DNA of 64,000 nt from Thermoanaerobaculia bacterium (GTDB taxonomy: Bacteria; Acidobacteriota; Thermoanaerobaculia; Multivoradales; Multivoraceae): contig OY761158.1 in the NCBI GenBank assembly GCA_963664405.1, positions 1,088,001 to 1,152,000 on the forward strand, read 5' to 3'. The notes under the pieces were generated by a model that had not been told where the DNA came from, did no database searches, and worked only from the letters and a program-made list of their open reading frames with translations. Position numbers and translations under genes: made by a program. Positions 29,590-39,965 of this stretch are shown here, one piece after another; positions within the stretch are counted from its first letter, which is position 1, and the number at the start of each line of letters is the position of its first letter.

Positions 29590-31458
29590 ATGAAGAGAGC
29601 GCACACAGTAATCTGTCTCGCCCTGGCGCTCCTGCCGTTGCCGCTGGTGGCCGAGGACGACTACTACTCCCCTCCCGCCGACCGCACTCACCCGATCAAC
29701 GTCTACTGGGGCGACACCCATCTCCACACCTACATGTCGGTCGACGCCAATGGCATGGGGAACCGCTCGCTCTCACCCGACGTGGCCTACCGCTTTGCCA
29801 AGGGCGAGGCCGTCCGGGCCCACAACGGACAGCTGGTGCGCCTACGTCGTCCGCTCGACTTCCTGGTGGTCGCCGACCACGCCGTCAATCTGGGGGTGAT
29901 GCCGCGCGTCCAGGCTCTCGACCCGCTGATCCTCAAGACCGAGGTCGGTAAGCGATGGCTCCAGATCCTGAGGGAAAACCCCATCCACACCGGTGAGCTC
30001 TTGAACGCGGATTCGCCGGAGCCGCGCAGAGCGGCTATCGCCGCCACCAGCACCAGCAGCGACCAGCCGGAGCGATTCTTCTGGCGCGCGTGGTCTACGG
30101 ACGGTGTCACCGACCCGGCCTTCAGGCGCTCGGTCTGGGAAGAAGTCTGCGCCAATGCCGAGCGCCACAACGATCCCGGAAACTTCACTGCCTTCATCGG
30201 CTACGAGTGGACACCGTCGACCCAGGACCCCAAATCCCCCAACCTCCATCGCAACATGATCTTCGAAGGCGGCGCCGAAGAGGCGTGCCAGGTTCTGCCT
30301 TTCTCCATTCACGACAGCAAGAACGTTGAAGACCTCTGGGCCTACCTCGAGGATTACGAAGAGCGTATCGGCGGCAAGGTCCTGGCCATCCCGCATAACG
30401 GGAACTTGTCGAGCGGGGCGATGTTCGCGCTCACCGACTATGACGGTAACCCGATCGACGCCGACTACGCACGCACCCGCGCGCGCTGGGAGCCTCTCTA
30501 CGAGGTCACCCAATACAAGGGCGACGGCGAGACCCACCCGCTGCTCTCCCCCACCGACGAGTTCGCCGACTATGAGACCTGGCGTCCCGACACTCCGGTG
30601 GAACAGAAGAGGACCGAGTACGCCCGCAGCGCCCTCAAGCTGGGACTGGCGAAGAAGGTCGAGCTCGGGATCAATCCCTTCAAGTTCGGCATGATCGGCA
30701 GCACTGACGCGCACACATCGCTTTCGACCGCGGAAGAGAACAACTTCTGGGGGAAGACCTCGCTGATGGAGCCCAGCCCCTACAGGACCAGCAGCTGGAT
30801 ATACAGCGCCTCGGGAATGGCGGCAGTGTGGGCGACAGACAACACCAGAAACGCTCTCTTCACCGCGATGAGGCGCAAGGAGACCTACGCCACCACCGGG
30901 ACGCGGATGATCGTGCGTCTCTTCGGCGGTTGGGACTTCGAGGCCACGGAGGCCCAGCGACACGACCTGGCCGAGATCGGCTACGCCAAAGGTGTACCGA
31001 TGGGTGGAGATCTGACCCAGGCTCCCCGAGGAGGGGCGCCCACTCTTCTGATGCGTGCCGCAAAGAGCCCTGACGGGGCGAATCTCGACCGGATGCAGGT
31101 GATCAAGGGCTGGCGGGACAAGCAGGGCGAGCTCCACGAGAAGATCTACGACGTAGCCCTCTCCGACGGGCGCACTCCGGACCGAAGCGGCGCCGTTGCT
31201 CCAGTCGGCAACACCGTCGACGTCGAGAACGCCACCTACACCAACAGCATCGGTGATCCCGAGCTGGCCAGGGTGTGGAAGGACCCGGACTTCGACCGTG
31301 ACGAGCTGGCCTTCTACTACGTCCGTGTGATCGAGATCCCGACCCCGCGCTGGACCGCCTACGACGCCAAATACTACGGCCTGGACCTCCCCGACGAGAT
31401 TCCGGTGATCACCCAGGAGCGCGCCTACACCTCGCCCATCTGGTACGTCCCCGAGTAG
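29590..31458 (+). CDS. DUF3604 domain protein (PHP-like metallohydrolase)
   Basis: YWGDTHLHT, IGYEWT, IPHNGN, GSTDAH and QERAYTSPIWY. Confidence 0.9.
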   Translation: MKRAHTVICLALALLPLPLVAEDDYYSPPADRTHPINVYWGDTHLHTYMSVDANGMGNRSLSPDVAYRFAKGEAVRAHNGQLVRLRRPLDFLVVADHAVNLGVMPRVQALDPLILKTEVGKRWLQILRENPIHTGELLNADSPEPRRAAIAATSTSSDQPERFFWRAWSTDGVTDPAFRRSVWEEVCANAERHNDPGNFTAFIGYEWTPSTQDPKSPNLHRNMIFEGGAEEACQVLPFSIHDSKNVEDLWAYLEDYEERIGGKVLAIPHNGNLSSGAMFALTDYDGNPIDADYARTRARWEPLYEVTQYKGDGETHPLLSPTDEFADYETWRPDTPVEQKRTEYARSALKLGLAKKVELGINPFKFGMIGSTDAHTSLSTAEENNFWGKTSLMEPSPYRTSSWIYSASGMAAVWATDNTRNALFTAMRRKETYATTGTRMIVRLFGGWDFEATEAQRHDLAEIGYAKGVPMGGDLTQAPRGGAPTLLMRAAKSPDGANLDRMQVIKGWRDKQGELHEKIYDVALSDGRTPDRSGAVAPVGNTVDVENATYTNSIGDPELARVWKDPDFDRDELAFYYVRVIEIPTPRWTAYDAKYYGLDLPDEIPVITQERAYTSPIWYVPE

Positions 31459-31496
31459 CCTGTGTGGCGCGAGAAGCCTGGCAGCAAGAGGTCTGA

Positions 31497-31620
31497 ATGC
31501 GCCGTCCTCGGCGCCATGTTCCGCAGCCGGAGGAAGTGATACCGATCACTTCCGTAGGATGCACCGTCCTCGGCGCCATGTTGTATAGCCGTAAAAAATG
31601 ATAGCCATCATTTCCGAAGG
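31497..31620. repeat. Two tandem degenerate 62-bp repeats, each with a TGAT-N4-ATCA palindrome
   Basis: Units 31497-31558 and 31559-31620 share ATGC(G/A)CCGTCCTCGGCGCCATGTT and the palindrome. Confidence 0.85.
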
Positions 31621-31649
31621 TTGACGGCAAGCCCCGACGCTGCTACCTT
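31621..31649 (+). promoter_or_regulatory. Putative sigma70 promoter of the thiolase operon
   Basis: TTGACG-17 bp-TACCTT with extended TG; AAGGAG RBS before ATG 31689. Confidence 0.55.
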
Positions 31650-31688
31650 CCCTAGCGCTCGACACAAGGTAAAAAAGGAGTTTCCCCA

Positions 31689-32876
31689 ATGAGAGAAGCA
31701 GTTGTAGTTGCCAGCTCACGCACCCCCCTAGCCAAATCTTTCCGCGGATCTTTCAATATGACCCGTCCCGACGATCTTCTGGCCCACGTGCTCAAAGATG
31801 TGCTCGCCAAGACCCCAGAGCTCGACCCCTCCGAGGTCGAGGACGTGATCGCCGGCTGCGCCAATCCGGAGCGTGCCTCGGGCTCGAATGTGGCTCGCAT
31901 CGCCGCAGTGATGGCCGGTATGCCGGTCACTACTCCCGGTACCACCGTCAACCGCTTCTGCTCCTCGGGACTGCAGTCGATCGCGATGGCGGCAAACCAG
32001 GTCCTGGTCAACGGCGCTGACGCGGCCATCGGCTCCGGAGTCGAGAGTATTACTTTCAACGCCGGCGGGCAGGCTAGCCCCAACCCCTGGGTCCAGGAGC
32101 ACAAGCCCGCGCTCTACATGGCGATGGGCGACACCGCCGAGGTGGTGGCGAAGCGTTACGGCGTGACCCGAGAGGCCCAGGACGAGTACTCGCTGCAGAG
32201 CCAGCAGCGCACGGCGGCCGGGCAACAGGACGGCAAGTTCGACGAAGAGCTTGCGCCGATGCACGTCACCTGGGGGATCGTCGACAAAGAGACCAAGAAG
32301 ATCGCTCGTACCGAAGAAACGACGGTCGAGAAGGACGAATGCAACCGCCCGACCACGACCTTGGAAGGCCTGGCCAATCTGCGCCCCTACTTCGATCCGG
32401 ATTCGGGCCAGGGTAGCGTCACCGCAGGAAATGCGTCGCAGCTCTCCGACGGGGCTTCCGCAACCCTGGTGATGAATCGTGAGCGCGCGGAGCAGCTTGG
32501 CATCGAGCCGAAGCTGGTCTTTCGCGGCTTCGCGGTCGCTGGCTGCGAGCCCGACGAGATGGGGATCGGCCCGGTCTTCGCCATTCCCAAGCTCCTCGAG
32601 CGTAACGGCCTCAGTGTCGACGACATCGATCTCTGGGAGCTCAATGAGGCCTTCGCTTCGCAGGTCGTCTACTGCCGCGACCGCCTGGGCATCGACCAGG
32701 AGAAGCTCAATGTCAACGGCGGTTCGATCTCGATCGGCCATCCCTTCGGCATGACCGGCTCACGGATGGTGGGCCACCTCGCCAACGAGATGAAGCGTCG
32801 CGGCTCGCGCTACGGCGTCGTCACCATGTGTATCGGTGGCGGCCAGGGCGCGGCGGGTCTCTTCGAAGCCTGTTGA
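31689..32876 (+). CDS. Acetyl-CoA C-acyltransferase (thiolase)
   Basis: [18 protein letters not shown] and CIGGGQG. Confidence 0.96.
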   Translation: MREAVVVASSRTPLAKSFRGSFNMTRPDDLLAHVLKDVLAKTPELDPSEVEDVIAGCANPERASGSNVARIAAVMAGMPVTTPGTTVNRFCSSGLQSIAMAANQVLVNGADAAIGSGVESITFNAGGQASPNPWVQEHKPALYMAMGDTAEVVAKRYGVTREAQDEYSLQSQQRTAAGQQDGKFDEELAPMHVTWGIVDKETKKIARTEETTVEKDECNRPTTTLEGLANLRPYFDPDSGQGSVTAGNASQLSDGASATLVMNRERAEQLGIEPKLVFRGFAVAGCEPDEMGIGPVFAIPKLLERNGLSVDDIDLWELNEAFASQVVYCRDRLGIDQEKLNVNGGSISIGHPFGMTGSRMVGHLANEMKRRGSRYGVVTMCIGGGQGAAGLFEAC

Positions 32877-34849
32877 CGCTAGCCACCCGAAGACTGCTCG
32901 GCTTCTGCGCCCTTGCAGTGCTGCCGACCACGAACCCCGCCTTCACTCAACACGGGGCGCAGGGCGGGGAGTGGCGCCACCACGGCGGCGATCAGGGCTC
33001 GTCGAAGTATTCGGCGCTGAGCCAGATCGACGCCACCAACTTCCAGAAGCTGGAAGTGGCATGGCGTTGGGAGTCCGCCGACGAGCGGCTCCCTGACGAC
33101 ATTCCCTACCAGACCGGCCACTTCCGGGCCGTGCCTCTAATGGTCGATGGCACCATGTACGCGGCCACCTCGCACGGCCAGGTCGCGGCGCTGCGTCCGG
33201 ACACCGGTGAGGAGCTGTGGGTCTACGACCCGCAGAGTTATCTGCGCGCGAAGCCGACCGCCCAACCGCTGTTGACCCGCGGAATCGAGCACTGGACCGA
33301 TGGCGAGAAGGAGCGGATCTTCATCGCCACCCTGAGCAAGCAGCTCATCTCCATCGACACCAAGACCGGACGGCCCGACCGCGCGTTCGGCGAAGACGGC
33401 ATCGTCGACCTGTCACAGAACCTGACCTCGCGCGACTACGTGCAGCGCGACATCACCAACGGCGCGCCGCCGATCGTTGTCGGCGACACTGTCATCGTAG
33501 GCTCCAAGATCTTTGATTACGGGCTGCGCAACAACAGCCCGCCAGGCCATGTCCGAGGCTACGATGTGCACACCGGCGAGATGAAATGGCGCTTCCACAC
33601 CGTTCCCCAGGAAGGTGATGAGTTCACCGAGACCTGGGAGAACGACTCCTGGAAGAAGGCGGGAAACGCCAATGTATGGGGAGCGATCGCTGCCGACCAG
33701 GAGCTCGGCTACGTTTACCTACCCACCAGCACGCCGACCAACGACTACTACGGGGCTCAGCGTCTCGGTGACAATCTCTTTGCCGAGAGTCTGGTCTGCC
33801 TCGACGCCGACACCGGTGAGCGCGTCTGGCACTTTCAGACCGTCCATCACGGCATCTGGGACTACGACATCGCGTCGGCACCCAATCTGATCGACGTCGT
33901 GGTCGAAGGCCGGTTGGTCAAAGCGGTAGCGCAGGTCTCGAAAACCGGATTCACCTATGTTTTCGACCGCAGGACCGGGGAACCGCTGTGGCCGATCGAG
34001 GAGAGGCCGGTCGCCGCCTCCACCGTAGAGGGAGAAGGGCTGTCAGAGACCCAGCCCTTCCCCACCAAACCGCCGCCTTTCGAGCGCATCGGGATCAGCG
34101 AGGACGACCTCATCGACTTCACCCCCGAGCTCGAGAAGGAAGGCCTCGAGATCGCGAAGAATTATGTTCTAGGACCGATCTTCTCGCCGATCATCGTCAA
34201 AGGCGAAGGCGGCAAGCTCGGCACGATTGTCATGCCCGGGGCCGGAGGGGGTGCCAACTGGCCTGGCGCTTCGATCGATCCCGACACCGGCTTTCTCTAC
34301 GTCCCATCGAGAACGGCGCCGACGGGGATGGCTCTGGTCGAGCCCGACCCGGCACGATCCGACTGGAAGTACGTAATCGACTACGCGAGATTCGAAGGGC
34401 CGCGAGGCCTGCCTCTCTACAAGCCGCCCTATCGGCGCATCACCGCAATCGACCTCAAGATCGGCGACATCGCCTGGCAGATCCCGCACGGTCAGGGCCC
34501 GACCGAACATCCCGCGATCAAACACCTCGACCTCGGCCCCCTCGGTACCAGGGGCGGCCCGGTGGTGACCGAAGGCGGCCTGTTGGTGACCAAGACCCTC
34601 CTCATCACCTTTCTGGCAAACGTCACCGAGGTCGGCGAGCGCACCGTAAACGGCTCCACCCTTCAGGCCTTCGACAAGGCGACCGGCACTCTCCTCGCCG
34701 AGATCCCGGTCGAGCGCTATCTGCACGGCCCACCGACGACCTACGAGTACGACGGCCGCCAATACATCGCGATCGCCGGCGGTGGGCGTGAGACGGAGGT
34801 GGCCGAGCTGGTCGCCTTCGCCTTGCCGATGGCAGCCCTATCGAACTGA
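32873..34849 (+). CDS. PQQ-dependent glucose/quinate-type dehydrogenase
   Basis: PQQ propeller motifs, WHFQTVHHGIWDYD and GGANW; TTG start overlapping the thiolase stop is inferred. Confidence 0.9.
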   Translation: MTLATRRLLGFCALAVLPTTNPAFTQHGAQGGEWRHHGGDQGSSKYSALSQIDATNFQKLEVAWRWESADERLPDDIPYQTGHFRAVPLMVDGTMYAATSHGQVAALRPDTGEELWVYDPQSYLRAKPTAQPLLTRGIEHWTDGEKERIFIATLSKQLISIDTKTGRPDRAFGEDGIVDLSQNLTSRDYVQRDITNGAPPIVVGDTVIVGSKIFDYGLRNNSPPGHVRGYDVHTGEMKWRFHTVPQEGDEFTETWENDSWKKAGNANVWGAIAADQELGYVYLPTSTPTNDYYGAQRLGDNLFAESLVCLDADTGERVWHFQTVHHGIWDYDIASAPNLIDVVVEGRLVKAVAQVSKTGFTYVFDRRTGEPLWPIEERPVAASTVEGEGLSETQPFPTKPPPFERIGISEDDLIDFTPELEKEGLEIAKNYVLGPIFSPIIVKGEGGKLGTIVMPGAGGGANWPGASIDPDTGFLYVPSRTAPTGMALVEPDPARSDWKYVIDYARFEGPRGLPLYKPPYRRITAIDLKIGDIAWQIPHGQGPTEHPAIKHLDLGPLGTRGGPVVTEGGLLVTKTLLITFLANVTEVGERTVNGSTLQAFDKATGTLLAEIPVERYLHGPPTTYEYDGRQYIAIAGGGRETEVAELVAFALPMAALSN

Positions 34850-34869
34850 CCTGCGAGGTTCTAATCCCG

Positions 34870-35414
34870 ATGACCGCGATATCTGCAGCTGACGGCCCAG
34901 TCGTCGTAACCGGCGCAAGTGGCTATATCGGATCCTGGATCGTTCGCGACTTCATGGAGCAGGGCTACGAGGTACGAGCTTGTGTTCGTGATGCCACCAA
35001 TCCCGAGAAGGTCGACCATCTCCTGGCGATGAACGAAACCGATCTCCGCGGTCATCTGGAGCTTTACGAAGCCGACCTCCTCGAGCCGGGAAGCTACGAT
35101 GCGGCAGCGGATGGGAGCTGCGCCGTCATTCACGCCGGTGCCGCCGTCGGGTACAACAAAGAGACGCCCCAGGAGGTCTACGACGGTTGCTTCACCGAAG
35201 TCCGGCACGTGATCGATTCGGCGATCAAGGCCGGATCTGTGAAGCGCTTTGTGCTGACCAGCTCCTTTGCCGCGGTCGACCGAGGCTCGAGACCAGAGAC
35301 TCCCCTCGCGCCTACTGCCTGCTGGCCAAACAAGAGCTGGGTCTCGCGCCCTACCCGATCGACGAGACATTGCGTGCCACCGTCGATTCGTATTTCGCGC
35401 TCGGCCTCCTCTAG
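34870..35414 (+). pseudogene. NAD-dependent epimerase/dehydratase (dihydroflavonol-reductase-like) with internal deletion
   Basis: TGASGYIG..RFVLTSSFAAV, then a short C-terminal segment (AKQELGL..DETLRATVDS) in another frame. The YxxxK region is missing. Confidence 0.78.
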
Positions 35415-35445
35415 ACCTCTGCGCCACAGGAACTGAGCCGCAGCG

Positions 35446-36156
35446 ATGTCAAATCTCGACCTCTTTCAACTGCTGCAGCACCCCTTGGATGCCTTGGGCG
35501 TCCTGCTGTACGTACTCATCTTCCCGGTCTACCACACGCTCTACCCGCTGATACTGCGGATCTTCCCGACCCAGGCCGCCCGCACTCGCTTCGATCGCTT
35601 GCGGAGCTCTTGGATCGAGGGCATCGTCCTCAGACGCGACTACCTCCTCGCCGCGCAGCAGACTCGTAATCTTACGATGGTGAACACCTTGTTGGCGTCA
35701 TCTTCACTCATCCTGATGGGCTTTACGGCGAACATGCTCATTGAGCTGAGTCGAACACCCGCCGAAGCCTCAGTTGTCGGGTCGTGGGGAGCCGAGCCGG
35801 GCGCCGATGCGGTGAAGCTCCTCTTCCTTGTGTTGGTCTTCGGGGTGTCATTCGCGTATTCCATGACGGCCCTGCGTCATCTCGGACACTTCAACCTCGT
35901 TGTCGGCGCGGACCCGGACCTCATCGAAGAGTATGAAGTGTCTGCGACCGAATACCTTTCGAGCCTGATCAATCGCGCCTCGAATCGGCATACCCTCGCG
36001 GTACGCTGCCTCTACTCGGCAACTCCGCTCTTTCTTTGGCTTTTCGACGTTCGGTTGTTTATCGCGCTCACCCTCATCTGGGGCCTGAAATTCCTAGTCT
36101 TTCAAGATTTCGCTTTTCGCTCGTCCCCTCGAAGGAAGTCTCGCTCAGCCAGCTAG
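35446..36156 (+). CDS. DUF599-like membrane protein
   Basis: QQTRN..LASSS and hydrophobic helices typical of DUF599. Confidence 0.7.
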   Translation: MSNLDLFQLLQHPLDALGVLLYVLIFPVYHTLYPLILRIFPTQAARTRFDRLRSSWIEGIVLRRDYLLAAQQTRNLTMVNTLLASSSLILMGFTANMLIELSRTPAEASVVGSWGAEPGADAVKLLFLVLVFGVSFAYSMTALRHLGHFNLVVGADPDLIEEYEVSATEYLSSLINRASNRHTLAVRCLYSATPLFLWLFDVRLFIALTLIWGLKFLVFQDFAFRSSPRRKSRSAS

Positions 36157-36240
36157 CCGGCTAGCACCGAGGGCACAGGGAAAGAGGAGCGGCTGTTGAC
36201 CGACTTCACTTCGTGAGGACGAAAGAAACCCGTCGTTAGG

Positions 36241-37245
36241 TCACGAGGGGCGCCCGAGTCCTACCAGGGCGTCGAAGTCGCGATCGCGGCGGTATTCCGG
36301 ATCGCGCTCCGGTGGCGGTCCTTTAAAGAGAACCTCATGAGTCTGGTCGCCGCGGATGTGGGTGACACTGCCGGGGGGCAGGTCCTGGCGGCGGTAGGGT
36401 ACGCGCATCACTTTGCGCACGTCTTTGGAGCCTACCGGGCAGACGTAGAGACATTCGAAGCAGGCGGCGAAGGCGCCGCGCTTGGAGTTGGTGGCGATGT
36501 AGAAATCGTGCCAGTAGCTTTGGGCAAGCACTTCGGCGGGGTCCAGCTCTCGCTCTGAGTGCACCAACTTTTGCAGCACCACGTAGAGGGAACGGATCGA
36601 GAGGCGCGTCGCAGCCTGGGAGCACCCTCTCTGGTCGAGGTCGCGATAGTCGTTGACCGAGGCGCCACGGGGGGCCTCTAGAGGAATCGCTTTCGGTGGA
36701 CAGAGGACGGCGCAGCGCCCACACTCCAGACCCGGACACAAGGGATCCTCCAGCGCTGGATCGGGCTCTAGAACCGCATCCGTGAGCAGCGCTCCCAAGA
36801 GCACCCGCGAGCCGTACTCGGGCGATAGAAAGTTGAGATTCAAGCCGACGTGCCCCAGCCCCGCGTGCTCCGCCGTCCACTTGAGATCGAGCAGACCGGC
36901 GCCGCTGTACTTGAGATCCATGTCTGCGTATTCGCAGGAGATCGGCAGCGCCGCGTAGCCCTGATCCTCCAGCCACTCGGCAAGCCCGTAGAGCACTTCC
37001 TCGAGTTGGTCCAGAGCGAGGTGAGAGCCCAACGATTGACTGGCGACGTCTTCCATCGCCATGGTTCCGGTCAGCAGATGCTTGGTGAGGACGACGATGC
37101 TCTGCATACCCGCTACCAAAAATTCGGGCTTCTGCTCGTTGGGAACCGTCGCCGAGTACTCCACGACATTTGCCACGCCGAGCGAGTCGGCGCCAAGCTC
37201 AGCGGCATAGGACGCTAGCGCGCTCTTGAGCTCAGTGTCTGGCAA
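36241..37245 (-). CDS. QueG/reductive-dehalogenase-like cobalamin Fe-S protein
   Basis: AEHAGLGHVG..PEYGSRV..LTDA; CPGLECGRCAVLCP and CFECLYVCP clusters. TTG start inferred. Confidence 0.75.
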   Translation of the reverse strand: MPDTELKSALASYAAELGADSLGVANVVEYSATVPNEQKPEFLVAGMQSIVVLTKHLLTGTMAMEDVASQSLGSHLALDQLEEVLYGLAEWLEDQGYAALPISCEYADMDLKYSGAGLLDLKWTAEHAGLGHVGLNLNFLSPEYGSRVLLGALLTDAVLEPDPALEDPLCPGLECGRCAVLCPPKAIPLEAPRGASVNDYRDLDQRGCSQAATRLSIRSLYVVLQKLVHSERELDPAEVLAQSYWHDFYIATNSKRGAFAACFECLYVCPVGSKDVRKVMRVPYRRQDLPPGSVTHIRGDQTHEVLFKGPPPERDPEYRRDRDFDALVGLGRPS

Positions 37246-38509
37246 CCTTCGAGCCCCTCTTTCCCGCACCCTTCCACCACCACTCCGGAGACTTGCGCCG
37301 GCCAAATCCCAGACGCACGTCGAGCCACAAGGCGAAGCGGCGCAGCGGTGACATCGCCAGCTTCAGCCATAGCCGGTAGTAAAGGCGCTGGCCCCGCTCA
37401 CGGGTGTCCCTGTTATAGGGGCATGCACGAATGCAGATTCCACACTCGGTGCCCTGGCGGGTCCAGAAGTCGAAACACTTCTCGGCATCGACTGTCCACT
37501 TACGCAGCCCGACGAAGTTCGAACGATTGAGGACCTCCGACTGCGGCTCACCAAAAGGAATGGCCCGCGGTGGGCATTCCTCAGCGCAGCGGCGGCAGAC
37601 ATCGCAGAACTCCTTGACGCCGAATCGGATCGGCGTGTCGTGGGAAAGAGGAAGGTCGGTGAAGAGCTGGCCGATGCGCACCCGCGGCCCGTAATCCTCG
37701 GTGATCAAGAGCGTGGCACGGCTGTACTCGCCGAGCCCGGCCTGGATCGCGTAGGGGATTTTCTGGGCGGTGTCGTTGAGCGAAGCCACCGCCTGATAGC
37801 CCAGCGCATGAATGAAGGTGGCGACAGACTGCAGAATACTCGCATCGATCGAATAGCCCAGCCCCACCGCGGCGCTCGCCGTCGCCGAAGGATAGGTACT
37901 GACGATGTCGGGGTCCATCGCGGTGGCGATAACGATGGTGTTATCGAGACCCTCCGGCAGGTCGTTGGGCTTCTCCGCCATCTCCTGCGGCCAGAAGCGG
38001 TGGCTGTAGTGCCAGCGCAGATCGGTCGAGGTGATGCCCACCAGATCCGCGCCGTAGTATCGGCACACCTGCTTGATCTCCGCCGCCATCTCCCCCGGAG
38101 AGTCGACCTCGACACGCTCGCCGGCAGGCTCGCTGAAGGGGACGATGTCGTCGAGGTAGCCGTCGGTTCTGCCGGCGCGGGTCGAGCGCTCGATCATCAG
38201 ATTCGAGCCGGTCCACCCTCCGAGCTTGAGAGCGAAGTCCTTGCGCGAGTAACCGCGAGCCTCCCGCGCTCCGACACCGGCTCGAAACATCGATCGAAAC
38301 CACTCGAAGGCCCGCTCAGAGCGAATCTTCGGATCCCAGCGAGCGCGAGAATAGATGTCGTTCGACTGGTTGAAGCGCTCGAAGTCGTCGAGTACCTCGA
38401 AGCCGCAAGCAGCGTCACGAGAGTCCCGGCGAGGTCCGGTATAAGAATCCTCCCGTGTTGGCGGAACCTCGGGGGAGAGATTCTTGTGCGGAGTTTCGAC
38501 CACGGCCAT
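37232..38509 (-). CDS. Reductive dehalogenase (RdhA)-like protein without Tat signal
   Basis: GADLVGI, AGLGEYSR..YGPRVR..TDLPL, FCDVCRRCAEECP and KCFDFW..CGICIRACP. Confidence 0.85.
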   Translation of the reverse strand: MAVVETPHKNLSPEVPPTREDSYTGPRRDSRDAACGFEVLDDFERFNQSNDIYSRARWDPKIRSERAFEWFRSMFRAGVGAREARGYSRKDFALKLGGWTGSNLMIERSTRAGRTDGYLDDIVPFSEPAGERVEVDSPGEMAAEIKQVCRYYGADLVGITSTDLRWHYSHRFWPQEMAEKPNDLPEGLDNTIVIATAMDPDIVSTYPSATASAAVGLGYSIDASILQSVATFIHALGYQAVASLNDTAQKIPYAIQAGLGEYSRATLLITEDYGPRVRIGQLFTDLPLSHDTPIRFGVKEFCDVCRRCAEECPPRAIPFGEPQSEVLNRSNFVGLRKWTVDAEKCFDFWTRQGTECGICIRACPYNRDTRERGQRLYYRLWLKLAMSPLRRFALWLDVRLGFGRRKSPEWWWKGAGKRGSKVARH

Positions 38510-38648
38510 GGCAACCTGAGTAGGAGAGAACTATACCAGTCGGTCTACGACCCGGCGATTGATCAGGCCGAAGCTCTCCGATCAGGACTCCGACCGCCGC
38601 GTACGGAAGGCAGGTCGCGGCGAGGTGGGGTGCCCTGGACGGCCGGTC

Positions 38649-39965
38649 CTAGAGCGACAACGGACCGGTCGCGTGGCCCAGAGACTCGGCCCGGACCCCC
38701 ATCCTGTCGAGCAGAGTCAGGTGGAGGTTGGCGAAGGGAGTATCCGGCGAGTAGCGAGTGTGATGCCCGCCCTTGCCCGCTGCCCCACCGGCGAGGAGGA
38801 TCGGTAGGTCCTCGGAGGCGTGGGCGTTGCTGTCGGCCATCCCCGCCCCGTAGATGATCATCGAGTGATCGAGCAGCGTTCCGTCACCATCGGGCGTCGA
38901 GCGTAGTCGCTCGAGAAACTGGCTGAATAGCTGAGCGTGATAGAGGTTGATCTTTCTCAGTTTCTCGAGCTTGACCGGGTCCTGCTGGTGATGCGAGATC
39001 GGATGATGCGCGTCGGGCACACCGATCTCGGCGTAAGTACGGCCGGTGATCTCGCGCCCCATCATGAAGGTGGTGACGCGAGTGAGATCGGTCTCCCAGG
39101 CCAAGGCGAAGAGGTCGAACATCAGCTTCGCATGCTCGCCGAAAGTGCTCGGGATTCCCGCCGGCTGGTCGACGAGCGGAAGCTCCCGGTCGCTCTGCGC
39201 CTCCGCGATCTGGATCCGCCTCTCGATGTCGCGCACGGCGGCGAGATACTGGCTCAGCTTCGTTCGATCGCTCGATCCGAGCTCGCGCGACAGGTCGCCC
39301 GCCCGCTCAGTGACCGAATCGAGGAGGCTCGCGTCCTTTCGCAGCCGCGCCTTGCGCACCTCTGGGTCGGTGGTACCACTGTCCCCGAAGAGCCGCTCGA
39401 ACACCGCGCGCGGGTTGTTCTCCATCGGTAGCGGCGTCGTCTCGTTCGCCCAGGCGATCGTGTTGGTGTAGGCACAGCTGAAGCCGCCGTCGCAGGAGCC
39501 GGCAAAGTCACGCCCATCGAGCGCCAACTCGAGAGTGGCGAGCTGCGTCTCGTGGCCCAGGGCGCGGCCGGCGATTTGATCCATCGACATGCCGGCACGA
39601 AGATAAGAGCCGTGATCCGGCTGCGCCGCCACCCCGGTCAGGAAGCGGGTCGAGGATCTGGCGTGAACCCCCTGGCCGTCCACTCCGTGCATCCCCGAAA
39701 GCACCTGGATGGTGTCGCGGAACGGCTCGATAGGCTTGAGGATGTTCGAAAACTCGAAACCGGTGCCCTCGGTCTTCGGCGTCCAGTGATCCATCATCAT
39801 CCCGTTGGGCACATAGACCACGCCGAGTCGACGCGACGGCCTTGCCGCGCTGTTCTCCAGGGCCGCGAACGCCGGCACCATCGCATCGAGCAGAGGCAGT
39901 GCCAGTGACGCGCCGAGTCCCCTCAGTAAAGTGCGACGAGGAATTGCCTTCTGGGTGAGGATCAT
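38649..39965 (-). CDS. DUF1552 domain protein (Tat)
   Basis: RRTLLRG..LPLLDAM, YVPNG, SMDQ, NPRAVFERLFG and HHPISHH. Confidence 0.9.
   Translation of the reverse strand: MILTQKAIPRRTLLRGLGASLALPLLDAMVPAFAALENSAARPSRRLGVVYVPNGMMMDHWTPKTEGTGFEFSNILKPIEPFRDTIQVLSGMHGVDGQGVHARSSTRFLTGVAAQPDHGSYLRAGMSMDQIAGRALGHETQLATLELALDGRDFAGSCDGGFSCAYTNTIAWANETTPLPMENNPRAVFERLFGDSGTTDPEVRKARLRKDASLLDSVTERAGDLSRELGSSDRTKLSQYLAAVRDIERRIQIAEAQSDRELPLVDQPAGIPSTFGEHAKLMFDLFALAWETDLTRVTTFMMGREITGRTYAEIGVPDAHHPISHHQQDPVKLEKLRKINLYHAQLFSQFLERLRSTPDGDGTLLDHSMIIYGAGMADSNAHASEDLPILLAGGAAGKGGHHTRYSPDTPFANLHLTLLDRMGVRAESLGHATGPLSL

Noticed and set aside
31497-31620. Possible mini CRISPR array
   Set aside because: Only two units, the intervening sequences are themselves homologous, and there are no cas genes in the window.
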